DNA of 64,000 nucleotides. It comes from a virus. Shown here piece by piece: positions 9,406 to 20,000 of the stretch. Below the pieces are notes generated by a model. It was not told the origin of the DNA. It worked only from the letters and a program-made list of their open reading frames with translations, and made no database searches. How positions within the stretch are numbered: the stretch's first letter is position 1; the number at the start of each line of letters is the position of its first letter. The translations under genes and the position numbers were made by a program. The stretch lies in the IMG/VR virus record IMGVR_UViG_3300035670_000030, positions 79,731 to 143,730 of that record. One strand, given 5' to 3'.

Positions 9406-11811
9406 TTAGGATGCGTTATAAGACGCTCTGTTAAATTGCGATTGAACATATCTAACTGTATTATTAGCTTTTGATAATTTTGGTGGTTTAGTTGAAAAAG
9501 TTGCGGTAGTTGTAAAACCATCAGACGATAAACTTATATCTAAATTTGATAATCCATTTTGAGGGCTAAGCGTTATATTTGATGGTTCGCCAGCAAATGT
9601 ATATTTAATTTCTTCTTGCGGTCTAGAACAAACCGCATCTGCTGGTTTAATTAAATTGCTAGGACGTCTCGATTGAAAAGAATCTTCGTCTGGATCTGTA
9701 ATATTTTCATTATTAATTCTAATTTCTGCGACATCATTTGCCACACCAGGATTTCCAGCAGACCATAAAAATTGTTCCGTTCCTACTGTACTAATTTTAT
9801 TGATATTAATATTGTATCTGCATACAACCTGTAAACTTCCATCAGATGGAGCGAAAATTCTAAGAGAGCCGCCTTTAAGAGAAATACTACAAGATTTTGC
9901 TGTTTTTGTTATCAAACCACTAACATAATCATCAGGGTTAGTCGTATCATTCGTAGTTCCCCCCGCTGCCTCTATAGCCTTATCTCTTGCAATTTCTTCG
10001 GCAGCTTTACAGGAACCTTTTTCTAAACTTTCATCATATTGAGGGCAATTTTTTTTACCAGATTGAATATTAGCATTTTTCTGATCATAATATGTTTGCT
10101 CAAGAGGGTTTAATCCCCTACTAGTTGAAGATCTAAATCCAATTTTATTTCTTACAAATTTTTCACTATTTGGAAAAATTATTAAAGTATTTACTTTTTT
10201 TGATTGTTCGCCAGTAAGTATTTTTGCAGTAACTAGCGCATCTGAGATTCCAGACTCTTTTAAATCAATATGAATAGGCGCACAATTTTGAATTTCATTT
10301 GCTAAATTTTCATAACCAAGAGCTTCTTGCGCGCTAGTTTCGTCATGGCTCATGGTACCACCCCTATCGATAATTCTTCTACCTGCAAAATTTTCACTAC
10401 CTTGTTCTTGGACTTGCCCCTCTGGATCTACAGAAATTTCTACTTCTATTGTATAATTAGAATTACAATAAAAAAATGAACCAGAAGAATCTGAAGCTCG
10501 ATAATATCTACCATGATATTGTAATAATTTTTGTTCAATTTCATGCCATTTATCAGCAATTGTCGGATCTCTGTTAATAAAATTAAAGTCATAGTTAGGA
10601 AGATCTTTTGCATCAAAAGCTTCTAAGTCAGAAATCATATCCTGAAAACCAAATTTTTTAAGAGCGCTTATAATTTTTAGTTTATTAGTTGTAATACCAC
10701 TATTTATTTTATATCCAAGAGCTTCCCAATGTTCATTTTGAAAACTGTATAAATCTCTTAAACTTCTTGATACATAACCTAAGAAAGCTGCGTGAACAAA
10801 ATTGTCTTGGTTTCTTTTCCCGCCCCATCTTCCTTTGTCTGCATTGATAGATTGGGGCGCACCAACTTTATTTATAAAATAACTAATTGGATATGGAGAT
10901 AACGAATATAAAACAACTCTCGATTTTGAAGCACTCAGAGCTTTAACTGCAGATCTCGGCATTGCCGTATATCCAATACCATATTGTCTAAATGTTCCCT
11001 GCATAGAAACAGATTTTTCTTTTGAAATAATGCTTGGGTGAGAAATATCTGGAATGGTAGCAACGCCAACAGAAACATCAAAAAATCTAAGCGTATTTGT
11101 TGAAAAATCCCAATAATAATCAAAACCTAGATCTGAGCACCAACTACTTAAAACTTCTCTTAGAGTTCCTTCATGAGTTGCTTTCCATTCATTATTATTT
11201 GGTGCAGATGACATATTTACAGGAATTTGGCCTTTTAAATCATTAAAAGTATAATAAGTATCTGGTATATCACATACAGAATTTGCGAATTTTTCATGCC
11301 CAACCAAAATAACATTTCCAACTTTTGTAGATCCCAAAGAATAAGATTTAGATGGAACTGTTATTCTACCTAATCTTTTCTCTACAAATTCCGTATAAGG
11401 AAAACCTGATAATTTTGTATTTCTTCTCGGTACTAATATAGACTCGTCACTAAAATCAAAAGTTTTATTTTTATTTTGCAGCGTCCCATTTTTTCCCAAC
11501 AACCCGCGTTTCCATAATAAAACATAGTATCTATCTAATATTATACTATTATCAATAAGAGTTACTTGTAATGTTTTTTCTCCAGCAGATTCTCGAAAAT
11601 TATAAGACCAAACAATTCCATTAAATTTAAAATTTCCAAAAGTTACTGAAGTTTGAGAATTTAAAGCTGGAGTTGAATAAATACCATTTTCATTCACAAT
11701 ATCTATTGTTAATTTAGATGGTTCAGCAGAGTATCCAATACTCATATTTAGTCCATATATTACCCCGCCATAATTTGGCCCTGATATTGTTGGTACATTT
11801 TTTATTGCCAT
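9406..11811 (-). CDS. Putative baseplate hub/Tal-like tail-tip protein
   Basis: 801 aa; position after the tape measure and distal-tail-like genes; hub-like segment TLREVLSSWCSDLGFDYYWD. Confidence 0.55.
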   Translation of the reverse strand: MAIKNVPTISGPNYGGVIYGLNMSIGYSAEPSKLTIDIVNENGIYSTPALNSQTSVTFGNFKFNGIVWSYNFRESAGEKTLQVTLIDNSIILDRYYVLLWKRGLLGKNGTLQNKNKTFDFSDESILVPRRNTKLSGFPYTEFVEKRLGRITVPSKSYSLGSTKVGNVILVGHEKFANSVCDIPDTYYTFNDLKGQIPVNMSSAPNNNEWKATHEGTLREVLSSWCSDLGFDYYWDFSTNTLRFFDVSVGVATIPDISHPSIISKEKSVSMQGTFRQYGIGYTAMPRSAVKALSASKSRVVLYSLSPYPISYFINKVGAPQSINADKGRWGGKRNQDNFVHAAFLGYVSRSLRDLYSFQNEHWEALGYKINSGITTNKLKIISALKKFGFQDMISDLEAFDAKDLPNYDFNFINRDPTIADKWHEIEQKLLQYHGRYYRASDSSGSFFYCNSNYTIEVEISVDPEGQVQEQGSENFAGRRIIDRGGTMSHDETSAQEALGYENLANEIQNCAPIHIDLKESGISDALVTAKILTGEQSKKVNTLIIFPNSEKFVRNKIGFRSSTSRGLNPLEQTYYDQKNANIQSGKKNCPQYDESLEKGSCKAAEEIARDKAIEAAGGTTNDTTNPDDYVSGLITKTAKSCSISLKGGSLRIFAPSDGSLQVVCRYNININKISTVGTEQFLWSAGNPGVANDVAEIRINNENITDPDEDSFQSRRPSNLIKPADAVCSRPQEEIKYTFAGEPSNITLSPQNGLSNLDISLSSDGFTTTATFSTKPPKLSKANNTVRYVQSQFNRASYNAS

Positions 11812-11840
11812 TTCCTTTTTCCTTTATATTCCTATTTAAT

Positions 11841-13835
11841 TTACACAAAAAAATCGTCTGTATTATTATAAATTACTTCTTTAAATACGCTTGGTTCTTT
11901 AAAAACTCCAGAAATTAAATCATAATTACTATTTTCAATATAATTGCTATTAATTTTTTGTTTAATACCATTATAATAAACTTGCGAACAGCCATGATTA
12001 AATGGGTAATTAAATTTTAATGTTCCAGAATTTCCTGATACATAATTATTATAATGGTTTATTTCTCTAACCATAAAATAATTTAAATCATTAGAAGGAT
12101 TTACGTTTAGAAAATATAAATTCATACCAGTTTCAATCCTCTCAACTGAGTAGTCAATACCACTAATTAATTTTTGACCATTTTTAAAAACAAAAGCATC
12201 AACACCACTGTTTGATGATTGATAAAAAATTTCTCCAAATATATTACCTGTTCTTTGTGAAAAACTTGATTTTCCACTAAAGTAGTCGTAAAATAAAAAA
12301 TCTTTTACACCAAAAAATTTATTTGTTTCAACTGTTGTCCCAGTTATAAAATAATCAAATTTTGGACTTCGTATTATTTCATATCCGCTTGGAATAAGTT
12401 CATAACCATCATCAATTAGCGCTTGTCCATTACCAAACATTAAAACTTCATTTGGGCCAAATTCTCTATCGATATAAAAATAATTTTCATTTAAAACATC
12501 GTATCCTAAATTTATATTATAATCTAAAACTTTACTTTGATTTTTTTCTGCATATATTTCTACTATATCATTATCTATTGGCTCTACACTAGCAGGGCCA
12601 ACCGCTGTTAATAAACTAATTTCTTTATAAGATAATGAGGCCAAGTAGTTATCATCATATGAGTACAAAACATCGCCAGTGTTATTAAAATAAGAATCAC
12701 ATATTAAACCAGTTACAAACACATTTTCGATACCAGTGTCTATTCCTATTAATTCGATCTCTGTAAATCCTGTCACGTATGTAATTCCAGTTAATGGTAC
12801 CGTCACTAAAACTTCGTTATATATTTCTCCAGATAAAGCAATTTGTTCTACAATATTAACACTGTTTCCACAGTTATCAATGTAAGATCCCAAAAATTTA
12901 CCACTATAGCCAGTAATACCAGTATATACATAACCAGAATTAATTTGTTGATATCCAGTGATACCAGTAATACCACTTTCGAATCCTGAAACTAAAACCC
13001 CAGTAACAGTAGAATAAGAATACCCAGATCCAGATAAAAATCCTGTCGTATAACAATATTCTTCTAAATCGCCCTCAAAACCCGTAGGTTCTGAAAAAAA
13101 TCCCCTAGCTAAAACATTTGCATAAACATAAGGTATATTATTAAATATATATAACCTATCCATATAACCACTAAAATTTGAAGGATTATTAGAATCCCAA
13201 GCGTATCCATTTGGATTTCCTCCTACATATAAATTAGAACTATTTATGAAATTGTTTTGATAAATTTCAAATTCTTGAGATGAAAATTGAAAATTATTAT
13301 TATTAAAATGTCCTAGAGTAATAACAGAATTTGTTCGATTGATGACCAAAATATTTTTATCTGACAGTATACCAGTATATGTAAAAGTAAATGATCCTTC
13401 TATATTATTCCAATATTTTAGATATAATTTATTGGCATCATTAATTCCGATATTAAATCCAGAATAAGTATTAAACGAATTTCCAGTGACTGAAGACAAT
13501 AGAACTTCATTGCCCATTCTTAGTTTTTCATATGAAATCAAAATAGTAGATTCATTTAAAGAATAGTCTTTACTTAATTTAAAATAATTTGTCGTGTTAA
13601 AATTTCCACTCCCAGAATAATCAAAAAACCCATTCCCACCGATAGTGTTTAGAATCCCAGATGAAGCGCCAGTTGCCCACGGATCACCATATACTATATC
13701 AGTATTCGTTGTGGGGTTAGATCTGAATGAAAATGCTGTGACAATATCTGCGTAGTTTATGTTTAACGCATCTACTAAAAAATTCATTCCTGAAATTATA
13801 TTTACCATATTATTATGAAATAAGTGGACCATCAA
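11841..13835 (-). CDS. Tail protein with an N-terminal LamG/concanavalin-like domain and a TG-rich segment
   Basis: LYVGG...FSGYMDRLYIFN is a LamG-type C-terminal motif; true start may be ~13808. Confidence 0.6.
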   Translation of the reverse strand: MMVHLFHNNMVNIISGMNFLVDALNINYADIVTAFSFRSNPTTNTDIVYGDPWATGASSGILNTIGGNGFFDYSGSGNFNTTNYFKLSKDYSLNESTILISYEKLRMGNEVLLSSVTGNSFNTYSGFNIGINDANKLYLKYWNNIEGSFTFTYTGILSDKNILVINRTNSVITLGHFNNNNFQFSSQEFEIYQNNFINSSNLYVGGNPNGYAWDSNNPSNFSGYMDRLYIFNNIPYVYANVLARGFFSEPTGFEGDLEEYCYTTGFLSGSGYSYSTVTGVLVSGFESGITGITGYQQINSGYVYTGITGYSGKFLGSYIDNCGNSVNIVEQIALSGEIYNEVLVTVPLTGITYVTGFTEIELIGIDTGIENVFVTGLICDSYFNNTGDVLYSYDDNYLASLSYKEISLLTAVGPASVEPIDNDIVEIYAEKNQSKVLDYNINLGYDVLNENYFYIDREFGPNEVLMFGNGQALIDDGYELIPSGYEIIRSPKFDYFITGTTVETNKFFGVKDFLFYDYFSGKSSFSQRTGNIFGEIFYQSSNSGVDAFVFKNGQKLISGIDYSVERIETGMNLYFLNVNPSNDLNYFMVREINHYNNYVSGNSGTLKFNYPFNHGCSQVYYNGIKQKINSNYIENSNYDLISGVFKEPSVFKEVIYNNTDDFFV

Positions 13836-15420
13836 AAGTCCATGTCTCGTTTATTGTTACAGTTTTAATATCATTATTCTTTGAAATATTTCTATCTTCT
13901 AATAATAAATTCGCTCTACCATTAGTATAGTTAGATTTCATTCTATTTACTTCACTAATTGCTGCGCTTTCCGCTGTAGAAATATTTTTATTCATCCTTG
14001 CGGTTGCTGTGACAGAAATTTGTATTCGGGACCTATTCGCGCATCTTAAATTTTGAACATTATGTTCTCTTGGCGTGAAAGCGGATGTATTTGGAACATG
14101 AATAAAAATAGACGGATTAAAAGTAATACTAGAACTGATATTTAAAATGTCAGCACTAAATACAACTGCTTTATTAGAATACTGGGCATTATAAGTAATT
14201 TGGGCATTAAATCTATCAAAACTTATAGATTCAGTTAAAGGAACAGGATTTAAATCAGAAGCTCCAAATTCTGATAAATATTCTTCTGATGCTAATGAGT
14301 ATGGAAAGAATCTATTTTGATAAAATTCATTAACTTTTTGCCATTTCGTTGCTAAATCTCCATATTTACAAGAAATTGTAGAACTTAAATTAACCGTTCG
14401 GATACATTTTAAAGAATCTTCATTAATATCAACAGTATAATTATTAATTAATTGATCTGAAAAATCGTTATTATATGAAGAACTAAAGCTTAATCTGTTT
14501 TCTTCCGATACCTCTTCTAATGATTGTGATATAGGACGATTAGAAATAGGTTCTTTAAAAACTCTACTACAAATTTGACTTGCGATACTATATAAATCTA
14601 AACTGTTATAATCATTTCTTAACACAGTAAGATTATTGCCTTGTAAATCGCCATTAATATTTACAGTAACAATACCATCATCAATTCCAGAATTTAAATC
14701 AACAGAATAATTTAAAATAGAATTGTTAGGATTTTCTAAGTTTGTTGATTTTTTGTAAGTTCCTTCCCACGAATAAGTTCCATTAAATCTATCTACGACT
14801 TCTTGGGTTGAATATAAAAGAAATGGGCGAGATGCTACAGCATTTCTATTTTTTATTAAAATAGGTGAAATTCCATTTATATTACCAGTTTTAGAGAGAA
14901 CCCATTCTTTTGCATTTTCTATTGCATTTTTATTTTTAGCAATTATACCTTTTGCGGAAATAGAGTGGATTACATTTAAAATATCCCCCTCTTCTTCATC
15001 AAAAGAAAAAGTTTCTTCTGGCTCAACAATGCCATAATAATCTTTAAATAAACCAGAATCATAAACAGTGATATCTATAGAATAAGGTAATAAACCATAC
15101 CAAGAAGACTGCTCAATATTAATTGAATTTATTACTGCATTAGCACCTGTATATAAACCAGACCCATTTTCAGTTATTAATAATGTTTTATAATTTTCAT
15201 TAAAATTTTCATGTAATTTCTGGGCAGCTTCTGCTAATAAATTATAAGAATTAGAACCCAAAAATTTACCAGTTAATTGACCTTCTAAAGTAATATTAGT
15301 AACTTGATTCCATTTTGTTCCAAAATCAATATAGTCATTAGAAATAGAAACAAATGGCACTGTTGAGATACCACTAAAAGCATCCTTATTGTTATATAAA
15401 ATTTTTACATTGTCACTCAT
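13813..15420 (-). CDS. Putative distal tail/baseplate protein
   Basis: 535 aa, beta-rich; resembles the adjacent 545-aa ORF. Confidence 0.5.
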   Translation of the reverse strand: MSDNVKILYNNKDAFSGISTVPFVSISNDYIDFGTKWNQVTNITLEGQLTGKFLGSNSYNLLAEAAQKLHENFNENYKTLLITENGSGLYTGANAVINSINIEQSSWYGLLPYSIDITVYDSGLFKDYYGIVEPEETFSFDEEEGDILNVIHSISAKGIIAKNKNAIENAKEWVLSKTGNINGISPILIKNRNAVASRPFLLYSTQEVVDRFNGTYSWEGTYKKSTNLENPNNSILNYSVDLNSGIDDGIVTVNINGDLQGNNLTVLRNDYNSLDLYSIASQICSRVFKEPISNRPISQSLEEVSEENRLSFSSSYNNDFSDQLINNYTVDINEDSLKCIRTVNLSSTISCKYGDLATKWQKVNEFYQNRFFPYSLASEEYLSEFGASDLNPVPLTESISFDRFNAQITYNAQYSNKAVVFSADILNISSSITFNPSIFIHVPNTSAFTPREHNVQNLRCANRSRIQISVTATARMNKNISTAESAAISEVNRMKSNYTNGRANLLLEDRNISKNNDIKTVTINETWTFDGPLIS

Positions 15421-15421
15421 T

Positions 15422-17059
15422 TTATGAATATTTATAAGTTGCTTCGTATGTTATTGTTTTGTCTGTTTCATTTGATGAATAATTAATAGATTCTAAATAT
15501 TCATCATTTCCTAATCCAGGTGTTCCACCAGCATAATTTTTAGCTTTTGTAAAATAATTCCAACTATTAAATGTGCTAACTGTGCAACCAACTTCCATAT
15601 TGACCTTAACAGTATATGTACCTTGTTTTTTTAGATCCCTATTTTGGTTTAAAGCAAATGTACGATTTGGTATAATAAAATCTTTAGTAATAGGTAGTAA
15701 ACCCGTATCTGTTTTTTCTATATCTATTTTTTTAATTCCAGCGTCTGATCCATCTTTAACTGTTGGGTCATCCGTATATGTAAAATTGTAATTAATAAAA
15801 CCTTCATATTTATTACGGTTAATAGTTTTATTGATTTCCTTTAAGGTTCCTCCTATTTTATTTGTGGCTTCGTCATTGTAAAAACTAGTAACTCGACCGA
15901 ATATTCCACCTTTAGCTGCATTCCATCCAATTTTAGCTTTATCATATTTATCATTTGAGCCAATTTTTCCATTACCTTTAACAGAGCCATTCTCAGAAGC
16001 GCTCCATACTCCGTTTTCGCTTCTATCTAAATTACTTACATATTCCCAAATATAAGAAGAATTTATTTTTTTAGGGTCGTTATCAAAAGTTATCGTAAAA
16101 TTTATAGTGCCATTAAACTTATTAACTTGAACAGATTTGCTAATAAATTGCTGGTTTAAGTCTGTGATAATATTAAATTTTGTTTTATAGTTTTGGAATA
16201 CGGCATTACATCTAGAATAAACACCAACTACTTGCTCGTCATATCCAGCCAGAGCATTTTCATATAGTGATGGGACATCATATTCAGCTTTTATCGAACA
16301 ATTTTCACTTGCTGTTGCGATACCATTTTCATCTATTTCAACCGAATGAGTTCTAACAAAAGAATAATTTTTATTATTATTTAATGTGCTATACGAAAAC
16401 GTTCTTCTAAATCCACACTTACCAGTAATAGTATTATAATTTTCACTATTTAATACTTTGTAATTATTTCTAGTTGTGTAATTTCCTTCTGCAATATTAG
16501 AACTCGATGGGATTGTTTTTAATAGTTCTGTAGCTAAAGATTGTGCTAAACTAATTAAATTTATATTTTTATTATCTGCATCATACTCTATATCAATAGA
16601 ATGTTCTCCACCAAGCACTTTATTTTGAGTATCGAAATCTAAAGAAAAACTTTCTGAAAAACTTTTAATTAAATTAAAACTTTTATTATTAATATCAATC
16701 CCATCAAACTCTTTTGAATTCAAATCTGCAATTGGTACTTCCATCAAAACTTCAATAGTTGCTTCGTACTGTGTATAACGAACCCAATTTCCAGAATCAA
16801 CAGAAAAAGATTTTACTTTTCCGACTCCGAAGTTTACACTATTAATTATTATTTCTTGAAATTCCTGCGTAAGTTTTATAATTTCTTTAGTATTTGTAAA
16901 AACGCCTTTAACACCATTATCATTTGTTAAATCTAGTATATAGCCACGAATAGATATAGTTCTTAAAGATGAGTAAAATAAAGATCTTTCACCAAAAAAA
17001 TTATTTTGATGATCATAGCCTAGAACTTCTACATTATTAAATAGTAGATTAGTTGCCAT
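15422..17059 (-). CDS. Putative distal tail/baseplate protein
   Basis: 545 aa, immediately downstream of the tape measure. Confidence 0.5.
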   Translation of the reverse strand: MATNLLFNNVEVLGYDHQNNFFGERSLFYSSLRTISIRGYILDLTNDNGVKGVFTNTKEIIKLTQEFQEIIINSVNFGVGKVKSFSVDSGNWVRYTQYEATIEVLMEVPIADLNSKEFDGIDINNKSFNLIKSFSESFSLDFDTQNKVLGGEHSIDIEYDADNKNINLISLAQSLATELLKTIPSSSNIAEGNYTTRNNYKVLNSENYNTITGKCGFRRTFSYSTLNNNKNYSFVRTHSVEIDENGIATASENCSIKAEYDVPSLYENALAGYDEQVVGVYSRCNAVFQNYKTKFNIITDLNQQFISKSVQVNKFNGTINFTITFDNDPKKINSSYIWEYVSNLDRSENGVWSASENGSVKGNGKIGSNDKYDKAKIGWNAAKGGIFGRVTSFYNDEATNKIGGTLKEINKTINRNKYEGFINYNFTYTDDPTVKDGSDAGIKKIDIEKTDTGLLPITKDFIIPNRTFALNQNRDLKKQGTYTVKVNMEVGCTVSTFNSWNYFTKAKNYAGGTPGLGNDEYLESINYSSNETDKTITYEATYKYS

Positions 17060-17064
17060 TTAAA

Positions 17065-20000
17065 TTAACCTCCCCTTGCCTCTCTTGGTGTTATATTTGA
17101 CGAGGCTTTAGGTGGAACTTTTTGACCAAGAGCAACTCTAACTTTTTCAATAATAGTTGGAATTGCATTTTGAACGGCCTCACCAACAGCGGCAGCGATA
17201 TCTCCACCACCCTGTGCTTGAACAGTTACATTTACTGGAGCGCTAGTTGTTGTTTGTATATTAGGTTGTGCACCAGTATTCGTATTTGCATTATTAGTTT
17301 GAGTTGCATTCGCAGTTTCAAAACTTGTTTGTAGATTAGCAATTATATTTCTTAAACTTTCAATTCCACCAGTTAAATTATTTAATGCTCCTGTATTAGT
17401 ATTTAAAGCCGCTTCTTGTTGAGCGAACATTTCAGGTTTTTCTTGTACTGGTTTATTAATATTTCCTGTCGTTGTTTGAGGATTTTTATTAAATAACCTA
17501 TCAAGGACAGCATCAACATCATTTGATCTTTTACCATTGATTCCTGGAGAAATTAATATGTCATTAAGTATACTATTCGTAGTATTAATTGCTTCAACTG
17601 TCGGCTCATTACCTTCAGTTGTAATTCTTTCTCTAGCAAGTTTAGCAACTTCATCAAGAATTATTTTTGCTTCTGGTGTTTGAGCGCCCATCTGAACAGC
17701 TCTTTCTTTTAAAGCTTGTAAAACAGGGTCTTGATATTTTTTAGTAATAGCTTCAAACTGTGTTTCGTCTAAAGCCCCAGTTTGTCTAGCAACTTGTAAT
17801 TGTGCAATAGTTTTAAGCCCACCAAGTTCTGGAATTGTTTGAAGTGCAGCATTAATTTCATCTCTAACAATTTGAGGTGTTTCACTTGATTTTGCTACAG
17901 TCTGCAATTCTGTAACCTGTCTTCTTAAAAATTCTTCAACACCAGCAATCCCAGCTTGATATGCTTTACCTGTGGGGTCGGGAGTATACCCAGTAAAAGA
18001 TTGTAAATTTCCGATAAGTTTTAAAGCTTCTCTACCAAATTCTGGAGCCATTTCTTGGCGCGCTCTTTGAGCCGCTCCATATTGATATCTAAAATCATTT
18101 GTCCCTTGTCTATAATCGAAACGAAAATCTACTTGTTGACCTTGAAATTGATCAAAAGCTTTTGTTGATTCTAGAACTTTATCAAAAACACCTTGTCCTG
18201 GTTCTTTTGGATTAAGAAATTCATCTATTCCCCCACCAAAAGCTTGTGCTTGACTTATTTTTTGTATTAAAATTCTTTGTAATTGCTCCTTAGCTAATTT
18301 CTTAAATGATTGAACAGATTCTTGTTTTAAAAGTTTAATTTCAGAATTAACTTTTGAAGATTCTTCTTTTAATTGTGTGCTAATTTTAGTTCTTGTTTCT
18401 GCATTAACATTCGCATCTGCTAATTTACTATCAATTTGTGCTAATAAAGTTTCTAAATTAATTGTACCAGAACTTTGTAGATATTGATTGAGAACAGATT
18501 GCACTTCTTTAAATGCTCGCGTCTGTTGAAAAGCTTGTACTGATAGTTGATCATTTGTTTTAGTTATATCTTTGGATGTTCCGTCTTGTCTTGCTCCACC
18601 AATTGTTTCTCCAGTAGCATCTTTAAAAGCATCATTAATAGAAGAATTGATTGTATCTACAAAACTAAATTTAATATTTTCAATTCCTTCAATCTGAGAT
18701 TGAGCGATACCCGCAATTTGCTCTCTCAATGCGAAAGCTTCTGCTAATGGGGCTTCCGGACCAACAATTGTAGCAGCTGTTTCAGTTTTTCTTGTAAACC
18801 TATCTGCAAAAATCTCTTGTCTAGCGAATTGTTCCCTAGATCTTGCTAATTTTCTTTCTGATTCTGCCGCGAATTGTGCGACTCTTATATTTCTTTCTAA
18901 GTTTTCTATAATTTTAGCGGTTGCTTCTGTAGCGGCTTTTTTCTTTACCGCTTCGTCTTGAGTTGCCGCTGCTAATTCATCAGCAGCTGTTTTAGCGTTT
19001 TTAGCTTTTTCTGTATTTTGTATAAAACTTTGTCCAAGATCACCTACCACATTTTGGAAATCTTGAGCATTATTATTAGCCTGAGCAATAAACTGAGCAA
19101 CAATATCAGCTTTGCCTTCTTGTTCGGGAATAACCTTATTTAATAATGCTTCTAATGCTCCAACATCTCCAGTTTGAATTTGATTAAGCTGTTTAACAAA
19201 ATCTATACCACCAGCTTTTTGTAAAGCATCAATAGCATCCTGTCCAGTTCTTCCTTGTGTAACCGCTTGTCCAAAAACAGACATATTTGTTCTACTAGCT
19301 TGTGTTCCAACACCAGTCTCGCTTGGTAAATAATAATCTATATAATCTTGCAATGATGGGCCATTTAGAGCCTTTGAAAATTCACTAATTGCTCCAATAC
19401 CAGTATAGTTTAATACACCAGCTGCATTTCTAAGAAAGTTTCTAGATTCTACATCTCCAGTTACTTGCCCTAAATCTGCAGCTGCTTCTCTTGATTGTAA
19501 TTCAGCAGTTTTTTCTGCAAGAACTTTTGCATACTCTGTTTCTAATTGTCCTGTTTTTGCTGCCGCAGATAAACGTTTTTGATCTTCGGCAGAAAGACCA
19601 GACAATATTTTAGCATATTCTTCTGAAGCTTTATTTATTACTTCTTGAGAAGTGCTTGGATCTTCAAGTCCTTGTTGTAATGTTTCAAAAGACGCTAATA
19701 ATTTTGCCCCAGAATCACTAAATTTTGTTAATTCTTCTCCAGCTTTTTTTGCTGATTGTGATAATTCTGGAAAATCTGAAGCAAATGAAGATACAATTTT
19801 TGGTATTGTTAATAATGACCCAACTACAGTACCCACTGCAGCTCCAACTGGTCCAAATACAGCACCTGTTCCAGCAAAACCAGCTATCTCACCAGCAGCA
19901 CTAACAACTTCTCCACCTCTTCTTGCTCCAGCTGTTTCTTGGCCAATTATATTTTTAAGTGTTTCAGCGATAATGGGACCGCCAAGAGCAAGGGCGAAGC